Shown here in pieces: positions 54,314 through 64,000 of a stretch of 64,000 bases of DNA. Made by a program: the position numbers and the translations under genes. Source of the DNA: Amoebophrya sp. A120 (lineage: Eukaryota; Protista; Dinoflagellata); contig CAJINV010000001.1 of the NCBI GenBank assembly GCA_905178155.1, forward strand, positions 9,945,359 to 10,009,358. The letters run 5' to 3'. How positions within the stretch are numbered: position 1 is the first letter of the stretch; each line of letters begins with the position of its first letter. The notes below the pieces were generated by a model, which saw only the letters and a program-made list of their open reading frames with translations, was not told where the DNA came from and searched no databases.

Positions 54314-57300
54314 ATGTGCATCGGCGTCAGTTTCGCTGCAGGCTGCTGCGGCGGGGTGTGGTACTACCTGAAGTTCAAGGTACTGTTTAGGCTGATTCTT
54401 CTTTGGTTTTCTTTGGCACCAGGAGCGTCTGAAGATAAAATAGTACCTATTCCCGGTTTTTTTTTCGGAGCTTTGAGTCGCAGAGTGAGCAGAGAGATTT
54501 CAGCTGCATCGCGGATTCGTTTATTTGATCAGGAAGAAGAGGAGGAAGAGAGTGTAATCGAGGCCATTGTCGAGGCTTCAGAGCCTCCTGGTACCACTGC
54601 GCCAATAGAAGAGGAAGTTGTGACGATGGCAACCACTTCCCCACCCGGCAGTCCTTCTACGACTACTCTTCCGCCGGGTGCACGGCTCCTGAGAGAGATT
54701 CAATCGTCGCAAGAGGGAACAAGAAGTTCAAGATTTCGAGGAGAGAAACCTGCTTCGTACGAAAGAAGTGGCACAGAAGAACCCAGCAGACTTCAAGAAG
54801 CCACCGTGGCGGCTTCAAATGCCGAGTCAAGTCATTCTCCCGTTGCATCTACTTCGGCTGCAAGTGTTCTTGTCTCTCCGGACGGGGCACCGGGCTATAC
54901 TGAAGGAGAAGGTGATGTTGGAAAAAGAAAAACAAATCTGAATAAAGGGCGCCGGGGACGAAGAAGAGGATCCTTTCGAGCCGTACGAAGACCTGATTGA
55001 AGAGCAGGAGGATGAAGTGGTCGCGACCACCACGACGACAACCACCACCCTGTTCGCGCCCACCATTTGCGTCGGGAAATACTGCTTCAGTACTTCTCTT
55101 TTATGTCACTTCGAGCCGTGCCTGTAGCCTGGGATTGCAAGATTTGGATGTACCCATGGACATTTAAAGATAGGATTCCCCGCAATGCTGAATTGTCTGC
55201 CTGTGTTTTTGCTTTCAGACTTTTTCGATCGTGACAAAAAATGGATAATCACCCTAGGTTCTCTGTCCTGCGAGCAGTTCGACACGAACATTTTGCAGCA
55301 GGTGTCCGACCACTTAACGCAGTCCTACTATCCGCTGGTAACAACGATAAACTCGATGACGGACTGCGTCAATGCCACTATTTACGGCGTGCCGGACCAA
55401 GGTACGAAAGACATTAATCTCATCGAAATTCATGCTCAACGACTGTTGCGTAAGATATCGATCGCGAGGATCAATGACATGCTTGATGTACTACCTACCA
55501 CTTGAATTTTCATCATCTTGCCAACATTTATTTCACAGCCGAGGCCGCAGTGTGTGGGAACCCAGCGTTTGGTTGCAACGCGATCCAGCTCATCCCAGCA
55601 AAGTTGTTTCCCTTCCTGATGGGCCAGGCAGCCAAAGCCCGCGACATTCCCTGTGGGTGCGAGCTGTGCAAGTGGCCCCTGAGTTACATCACGTCGGAAC
55701 AGGGCGTGCAGTTCTGCGGGGAATCCAACGCACGAGCGTATGTGGAGGGCGATCCTTGCGGCTCCGTTTGCGGGCTCACATGGCGTATTTGAGGATTTTT
55801 GCCTGCTGTGTCGGTGTACACAAGACCACATATTGCAATGCCTATTCCTTGGAAGATTTTTGAGACGCATACAATATTTTTCACCCTTTGCCTAGGCAAG
55901 ACATTGGTTATTTGATCTGAAATGTTATTTAATGTTCCAACTCTAAATGACAGCGGAAATGACGACGGGCAACATCACGGATACCAGTACCACCACTACT
56001 ACCACGACCAGCACGACGTCCACCACCACGACAATCGATACGACGATTTGCATCGGCCCCGACTACCGCCCTAACGACAACCACTGCCCGGAGTGCACGA
56101 CGTATCACAGCCGCATTGTGGGCGCCATGGCCAACTCCCTGCAGGCGACCAGCAGTGATTTGGTAAACTGCGTCAAGCGCACGTACGAGGGACTGCCGCA
56201 GCTGGCGACGCTCGGCTTCGGGCGCAGCTGCAGTTCCCAGCGCCTGTGCTTCGCCTTCGAGGTGATGGTTTTCGAATTCGCGAAGTCCGCCGATCCCTTG
56301 CGCGGAATGGTCAGCAACGAAAAATGCGCCTGCGAATTGTGCAAGTGGCCACGAGACTGGTAGTGTTTGCTCTTCCAGTTTGATGTGTCGAGGGTTCGGC
56401 AAGTGAAGGTGACGTAGATTGATACTAAGTTTTTTTGTTAAGAAGTACAACTTACGTTTGGAGTAAAGATAATCCGACATCAAAAAACAGGCTTTCCTAT
56501 GGTCCGGGGCGCAATTGCTTGAACGCCCAAAATATCGTCGAGGGCAAGTGGTGCGGGCCGTATTGCAACGGAACCTACCCGATAACCTACACCGGTGATA
56601 CTTCCACTTGGACGGGTCTCACCCCGGTGGAAGTCAGTAGCTACAACCCCGCCACTGATGGTGCGAACGGCACGAATGGAACAAACGGAACTAACAGCAC
56701 GCTGCGTGTGCTGTCCGAGGGGGACGGTTTGCAGATCGGAAATGACCATCACGACGCGCACGAGGACGAGGGTAGTACGATTGAGGGGCAGGCTTCGTCT
56801 AGTTCTAGCAGGAGGCCGCGTGATGGTCTCACGTACAATGTTGAGCAGAAGAAAATCACAGGAGACAGTCCTTCTTCGTCTTCTACGTCAAATGGCGTTG
56901 AGGGTGATGCAGCGTCACGGGATGTCACGAATCAGAATTCATGGCTCTCGAACGCCTGGAAGCGGTTCGCACGCTGGATGTCGCCGGGCGTGTTTCTCGC
57001 TACGCCGACGTCGCAGCACCCTCGAGGAGTGATAGAGCCATTAACTGCCGGAACAACTGGAGTCGTCATCAAGCTGCTTCCTGTTGGCAGCACGAAAGAC
57101 CACGTGGAGCAGAAGAGCAGGATACCAATAGGAGAGCTGGAAGTTGTTCGTCTTTCCCCTTCAGATCCTAACTTCGACGGCCCACCGGACCAAGCCTCGG
57201 AGCATTCTCCAGACACAACATCCAACGCTCTAGTCGTGCCGCCACAAGGTTTCCTGCTAGACAGCACGTCGGGTCTTTTCGCTGCAGACGTGGACGAACA

Positions 57301-58603
57301 TCGGCACAGCGACGCGTCTGCGATGTGTCACCTGGTCGCACACGAAGTCGGGGGCTACGGTAGTAGTTCTCCGTGGAGCAATCCGCTACGACCGACTGCG
57401 CAGGATGCGGAGTCTCCGAGTTCCCCGTCGCCAAAAAGTTCTTCAGAAGCGCTGGACACGACCTGGTCCGAGATTGGGGAACGACAGGCGAAGCTGCACG
57501 GCTTGCGGTCAGTGTTTACCAGGCGGGTCCGGGTGGAGTACGAAAAGAAAACGGGAACAGAGCAGCTACTCGTGGATTACGCGGGCCAATGGAGCGAAAG
57601 TCCGACGAGTGCGGGTCGTGACAAAGCAGGCGCGGGTGCTAGTAGTGCAACACCTGCGGGGGGACGAGGAGTAGTTTCCTCATCGTCAACGCCAACTGCA
57701 GAAAAAACGATCGCGGCACGCTCGTCGAAGCTCTCTTCGCTTCCTGCGGTGTTCAGTAGCCAAGGAGAAAGTAGAGATAAAAACCTCGACCGTCTTTCGA
57801 TAGGCGCAGACAGCAGAAGCCTCGGGCTCGGGTCAGACGCGCAGAAATCTGCGGTGGATCACAAAACTTCTACGTCACGACCGTCAGTCGACGAGAAACT
57901 CGACCAGCAGAAAAATCCGCCGCAGAAAACAGGTTCCTTCCACTACACGTTTTCGCAAGATGGCGAGTTCGGCGTCGAAGCTACTGCGCAGAACGGCAAC
58001 GACGAAACTGACGATGTCAACATTTACTGGTGGGAGGGGCCTGGGGAGATGAAAGAGATACCTGTTTCCAGCCAGGAAGTCCTCGAATCGATGAAGGGGT
58101 TATGGAAGCAGAACAACCCTCGGGCGGTCTTTTCCCTCGCAACTCTAGTACAGCGCCTGCGCGCGATACAAGAGAGAAAACGGGATGAGGCGCTGGAACA
58201 GAAACGGATAAAAGAGCTGCTAGCCACGGTTTCTACTTCGAAGTCGGACAGAGCAGAGCAACACCAACAGCCCCAGGATAGTAGCGTAGCAACAGTGCTG
58301 TCGGCAACGAGTACAGTAGCTCCCGGTGCTCCTCCTCCCGATAGCAAGGAGTCCGCGAAAAATCTTGCAGCACCGAGGGTGCCAGCGCAGAGTCGACGTC
58401 CGCAGAATCCTAGAGAACGCGTTCCAAGTGACAACAAGGTTGATAGGACTCGAAGAATACGAAAAGAAGCGACGCCTCCTCCGCCGGGGCGTACGAACAG
58501 AGTACCGGAGCCAAGTCCGAGCTCCCTTTCGACCGGCAGTAGCGGCATGCAGCCCGGTTTCGCCACGAATTCTTTCGAGAATTGGAAAAACCGGGGGAGA
58601 TAG
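54314..58603 (+). CDS. Mucin-like secreted protein with two Thr-stalk plus Cys-rich modules and a long disordered C-terminus; exons about 54314-549xx, 54948-55089, 55258-55401, 55539-55784, 55954-56359, 56491-58603
   Basis: Poly-T runs each precede TIC...C.CELCKWP...VEG..CG..C. The downstream GT-AG joins are phase-consistent; the first junction is unresolved. Confidence 0.65.
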
Positions 58604-59563
58604 CAGTGTTTGCGTGGTGTCATCAACCAGCCCTACTCATGGGTTTGAAACAAATGAACCGACTTGTATCTCTTTAGCTACCTTCTTTTGTTTGCGAAAA
58701 GACTTTTGGAAGTTTTACTACCCCGTTGTAACAAAGCAATCTTGAACTTGGCTTAGCATCTTGAAAACTAATTACTTTGCAATCTAGATATCGCAGAACT
58801 TTGGATAAACTCCATCAGGTCAACGTCAACGTTAAGAATTCGGAATAAACTTTTCATTAGCAGCTGCAAGCATGTTGCATTCGCTGAGTGATTGATTAAC
58901 CCATTGCTGAAGAACTCTTTTTGCAGACTCCAACGCACCCAGCTTTTTTTCAAAATAGGCACGACAATTCACTCCGTTCGAGTCTCGACCGCAAGGCAAG
59001 GATAGGAAACGCTGAACCCTATAAAAATAGCTCTCTGTTCGCTCTCCTGTGCATCATCTCATGAACTTTTTCAGAATAGTAGCTTACTTCGTGTTGGCGG
59101 ATCGTCGCATCGTCGTTGAAGTCGAATAGCGGTTCGTTACAAAGTCCGTATGCAAAAATATCGTTGCACTGTCGTGGACTGGGTCGTCATTTCGTATCAC
59201 GTCATCGTCATCAATCTTGATACAACTCAATCGGTCTGATCTTGTCTTAGAAAATCTTGTTCATGCATATCGTTCGTTGTAGCCTATTTTTCCTGTTCTA
59301 GTAGAAGATGAAGAAAAGCAAAAGATAAATCATCTACTGTGCCATTTGTCATCCCGTGTCTTGTAGTGCTTGTTTTTTTTTAGCAACAGTGAGTAAGTTA
59401 ACATTCCAATGAGTGGGCATCTCTAGTAGCCAAAAAAATTCAAGACTTTTGCAAGGTGCTTGAGGCTACCGTGCCTTGAGCACAGCCTTTCTATGGCAAC
59501 AACGTGACAAGGTAGTTCACACTATTACTGGTACTATCCGTACTACTAACTATCAGAAAGAAA

Positions 59564-62500
59564 ATGGTAAACACGATTTCGGTTGCGGCCGCCGAATCGG
59601 CTGCGGACGCTGGTGCTCCCGTTCTTACTAGTTCCCAGCGAGGTCCGGCGCGCCGGTCGCCGTCGACGCTGCACTTTCTGCGCAATATGTTTGACGAGGA
59701 AGAGGAGGTGATCCAGAAGCCGATCGTGATCAACCCAGTGTGCCGGGTGCTGCCCCCGCCGGACTACTCGCGTTTCGAGTTCTTGGCGCTGCCGAACCAG
59801 AAGGCTCGTTTGCCCATTTTCCCCCCGAAGCACCGCGAGCTGCCGTTGTCCTTTTTTCGCAACGTTTTCGCGGTTTTGTCGCTTCGTTTCGGGGACCGCA
59901 AGACCGGCGAGATTGCCGCGTCCCTCTTCGAGCGCGCGATGCGTCGCATTTGCCGCATCATCGGCGATCCGAAGCGCAAGATCGACACGGCGCGGTACGT
60001 ATCAAATGCAAAAATGTCTGGGTCTGGAAGAATGCTGCAAGTTTGTCATGCTTGTCTCACATGACTCTCGAATTTGTCATGCACATTACCCAAGATCCCC
60101 ATTTTTCTGTCATGCAGAAACGCAGTTTGTAATGCAGAGTAGGCAACACCTAGAAGCTCAGAAACTTGTCGTGCTGAGCCAGCACTTGTGGCCTCCTCAT
60201 GATACGCCAGCCAGCATCACAAGTTTCCAGACCCAGACACTTTTGCATTTGATAGTACGACGTCGATGGTTCCGGCGCGGTGGGCTGGTGGGAGTTTGTG
60301 TCCTGCTGTATCAATTGTAAAAATGTCTGGGTCTGGAAGATTGCAACTTGTCATGCTAAATCTGCAGCATGCAAAAATCTGTGTTGCATGATTACCAAAA
60401 GTCGTCCAGTTTTGACCAAGTCGGGAGGTAGTTTGTCATGCAGGATAGGCATTAGAAAGGTCTCGCAGAATCTGTCATGCTAGGTCCTGCATTCCAGACC
60501 TCATGGGTCCTGGAAAAGCAGCATCACAAATCGCGCACTCTTCCAGACCCAGACATTTTTACATTTCATATGCTGGAAGGACGAGCGGTTTGCCATCCGG
60601 CTGAACAACTGGGAGCGCATCTACCTGTGCTTCGACGACGCACAGAGCTGTCAACTGGCTCGGTATCTGTCCGTGTTCATCCTGCTGACGATTATGGTGT
60701 CTTCCGCGATTTTCGTGATCGGCACGCTGCCCTCGCTCCGTCGCTGGCCGAGCGACGAGTGCGAGCGGCGATGTGACTTGAACCTGCGTCAGACGGTGAT
60801 GACCGAAACGGAAAAGGCCTACTGCGAGAAGAAGTGCGAACCGGTTCCGGCGGTGGTTTTCGACACCCTAGAAATCATCTGCGTGATCATCTTTTCCCTC
60901 GAGTACGGGATCCGAATCGCGGCCGCGCACGCGTGCCGGAACGAAGCGATCCAGCTCAGTGGGCTTCATAATCTGGTCGTGAACGAGAGTGCGCGCAGTA
61001 CGCGCGGAGGGTTCTACCGCACGTGGCTGTTTTTCATCAATCCCATGAACATTATCGATCTCATGGCGGTCGCGCCGTTCTACATCGAACTGGTGACCAA
61101 CAAGCTGGTCAACGACGCCGGGGACGGGGAGGGGCTCTCGGGGTCGACGGTGCTGCGCGTCGTCCGGTTAACCAGGTTGTTTAGGCTGTTGAAGGTACAG
61201 TGGACGTGTTTTGGTCGAGGACATCGATTTATTGATTGGTAGAAAAATTAAAATGTTGAGCCAATGAGTTGGCATCTAAATCTATTCCTTGGAGATTTGT
61301 GCAGCAAGAAACTGAAACCGAAAATTCACTCGTCTCTCCTCAGGTAGCGCGTTACTTCCAAACGCTGCAAGTCATTGTCCTCGTTGTGCAGCGAGCGGCG
61401 GCTGGTTTGTTGGTGCTCTTCTTCGTGTTGATGTTGTGCGTGATTTTTTCCGCGTCCGTCGTCTTTTACGCGGAGCAGGGAGACTGGGACGCGCGCACGG
61501 ATTCGTACACACGGTACAACTGGGTGGACGGGGAATTTGAAAAGACGCCGTTTAAGTCCATCCCGCACAGTTTGTGGTGGAGTTTTGTCACGTACACGAC
61601 AGTGGGTTACGGTGACATGATGCCGTACTCGGTCATTGGTCAGGTCTTGTGCGTTATCAGTATGCTGTGTTCCATGCTGTCCGTCGGGATGCCGACGTCG
61701 GTGCTGCTGCGCTGCTTCAACGAGGTGTGGGATGAAGCAACGGAAGGACAGAGTGAGGCCCAGAAGCAATCAGAGGTATATGATCATGTGGTGTGATTTT
61801 TCGCATAAGAAAATGGATTTTCAGCATGTTTCGCTTAAATAAGAACAAATCGCTTTAGATATGCTCGGCTTGTTCTATCTGGTTTTATTCACAAAAGAAC
61901 CTGCTATCCAGGTAGAAAGAGAAGCGGTAGAAAACGTTTACCTTTACGCCGAACCGTGGAAGCAGTGCCGTCGCGTGACGCTCGAGGTGTACGACGACAC
62001 GCTAACTTCGAAGAGCAACGACTTTCTCGGGCAGGTGAGCATTGAGTTCGACACGATTGGCGCCCCAAGTTTGAAATCCAATAGCGAGGTGCTGGCCTGG
62101 GCCAGGGAGACGGGGGAGATTATCGCGAACTCGAAAGCGGACGCACCGGAGGGCATCATTGATAGCCGGTCCAACTCCTACGAGATGATGCAAAGGGACA
62201 CGACTGTAGACTACGAGGCGTATTACAGCCGTATGACGCTGGAATTGCAGGATAACCCGATCAAACCGCGCTCCGCGCACTTGGGGAAGGTCAGAGGAAC
62301 AATCACCTTTGAAATCCGCTGGATTCCCGACGACGATGCCAGTAGCGTCACATTAGAGATTCCGCAGGTTTCCGAAGCGGCGATGAGTCGTGTGGCGAGT
62401 CCGAGTGCAAACGTGAGTAGTCCAGCCGTGCCGAAGCACGGGAAGTTGCTGACCTCGTTGGATACGTCCGCGAGCCTCGGCTCTGGCGGCGCCGGTGCGC

Positions 62501-63222
62501 CGAAGAGCCCCGCCATGGGCAGCAACACGCTCGGGAGCCGCACCGTGTCGCTGCTGGATGGACCCAGTCCACGGGCACCGAAGGCAGCCTACCAGACCGC
62601 AACGGTAGCCATGAAGCCCGGGCGGCTGTACGTGCTGATCGTGAACGTGCAGGGACTGAAGGGAACGAGGGAGAAGGTCGGGCACGACGACTACAGCGAA
62701 TCGGTCCTGGAACCCCCGTCGGCTGCCGGAAAGCTACCACCATCCCCCGACGGGATGGAGCAGCGAGAAACCAGCGGCGATAGCGTTGCCAGCCCGGTTC
62801 CTTCTTCCGGCAGTCGCCGCTTCACCGTGGATCCCTACGTGAAAGTAGTCGTGTGGAACCGCCCGCCGGACATGGACGCGGATGCGGAGTCCGAAGATGA
62901 TCCGTTTGGCGACCTAGAGGACAACACGGTGGATGTGGACAACGCTTTCTCGGTCTCGACCAAACTCGGGGAGGTGTCGACCTACAAGCGGACAAAAACG
63001 TGCATCGACAGCCGCAATCCGACCTTTGAGCAGGAACTTGCCTTCAAGTACAGCTGGCGCACGGCGGTGGAAGACCGCAAAATCCGGAACAAGGACGCCG
63101 GGCGGGACGACCATTCGGAACAGCGCATGATGGAAATGTACAAGAAAATTGTGTCGCTGGAAAAGCGGTTGGCACCCGTGCTGAAGAACATGGGCGGGAC
63201 GTCGAAGGGAAAGGCGAAGTAG
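59564..63222 (+). CDS. Voltage-gated K+ channel (6TM) with N-terminal EF-hand and C-terminal C2-like domain; exons 59564-59998, 60256-60307, ~60572-61194, 61344-61775, 61912-63222
   Basis: NIIDLMAVAPFY (S3), VLRVVRLTRLFRLLK (S4) and PFKSIPHSLWWSFVTYTTVGYGDMMP (pore, GYG). EF loop DVDGSGAVGWWE. C2 motifs EVYDD..DFLGQV, DPYVKV and NPTFEQ. Confidence 0.92.
60000..60254. mobile_element. 255-bp MITE-like introner A
   Basis: TIRs tatcaaatgcaaaaatgtctgggtctggaa / ttccagacccagacacttttgcatttgata. TSD gtacg at 59995-59999 and 60255-60259. Intron 59999-60255 is GT-AG. Confidence 0.92.
60309..60570. mobile_element. 262-bp MITE-like introner B, same family as A
   Basis: TIRs tatcaattgtaaaaatgtctgggtctggaaga / tcttccagacccagacatttttacatttcata. 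TSD tgctg at 60304-60308 and 60571-60575. No AG at the right boundary. Confidence 0.92.
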
Positions 63223-64000
63223 AGGAAGCGAGGAGATGGTTTTTTTCAGGTGGTGGAATAAAGGTACTGCTATTGGTATCAAGCTGAAGCTTCTTTTTAG
63301 CATAGGTTTTCGTAGTCTTACAAGGGGCATATTGTGGCCATCGGCAGTTGGTTGCTGACGATTACAGTTTAGCTTTAGTTTGACGTTTAGGTGGATAGAA
63401 TTCAAAGAATCAGAATGATATTGTGACTTCAGCAGAGATCAAGACAGAGGAGAAACTATGTTGAGATCGCTTGTTTTTTTATAACGAAGGCGCTTTTTGT
63501 CAGTCTGCTACAGCAGTTTATCGTCGCAATTGCATTTTGTTGTTTACCTTTATCATTGCAAAACGAATCTTACTTGTCGACACTACCATTACCAGCTTTC
63601 GGCCTCGAAGGAGGGCTTCCGCCCGTTCGAGAGAGCACGAGCTCGGTTCTATACTAGCCTTATCCCGCTTCCCGTGTCCAGTAACCTGCAGACTTAATAG
63701 TATTCCGCTAGATGAATAGTAGCACTCAGCGTCTCCCTGTGGAGAATCGTTGTCGGCGCTTCAGCACAGGCAGGCCCATCTGCCGGCGATTTTCAAAGCG
63801 CCCGAACGGCTTTGGCACGATCCGGCGCCGGCCGGCGCGGCGGGGAGGTAGGCCGTTGCCGTCATCTTGCATGCTGGCGCCGGCGGGGCCACGATCTGGC
63901 GGCGGGGGGCGGGCATGGTCGGGCACCCGACACCGGCGTGGCCAGGGTCCGGCACCGGCTTGGGCATGATCGGGCACCGGCACGGCCATGACCTGGCACC

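Noticed and set aside
63700-64000. GC-rich end with short ggcacc repeats
   Set aside because: It is truncated by the window edge, so repeat, transposon or gene start cannot be distinguished.

Overview
This is eukaryotic, gene-dense genomic DNA with mostly short GT-AG introns. The beta-tubulin N-terminus ([11 protein letters not shown]), the co-oriented gene block and the TIR/TSD introns point to a dinoflagellate-related alveolate, plausibly a Syndiniales such as Amoebophrya; this is inference, not a database match. One minus-strand gene (NCKX-type Na/Ca-K exchanger) is followed by a repeat-rich divergent strand-switch region (~1.3-8.1 kb) and then ~55 kb of plus-strand genes only. These are: a 2OG-Fe(II) oxygenase and a secreted protein inside a 4044-bp tandem duplication, a MICAL-like flavoprotein monooxygenase, a FANCJ/RTEL1-like Fe-S helicase, several secreted hypothetical proteins, three tandem 14-Cys GPI-type surface-protein paralogs, beta-tubulin, an N-glycan-repeat glycoprotein, an AIG1/FAR-17a-like membrane protein, a mucin-like protein with a duplicated Cys domain, and a voltage-gated K+ channel with an EF-hand and an apparently permuted C2 domain. 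The most striking signal is three non-autonomous TIR elements (36988-38266, 60000-60254, 60309-60570) inserted in coding exons. All have TAT[CG]A...T[CG]ATA ends and perfect 5-bp target-site duplications ending in G, so each insertion builds its own GT donor. Each can be spliced in frame leaving one duplicated codon; two give GT-AG and one appears to need a non-canonical acceptor. All exon models were derived by hand and lack RNA support.
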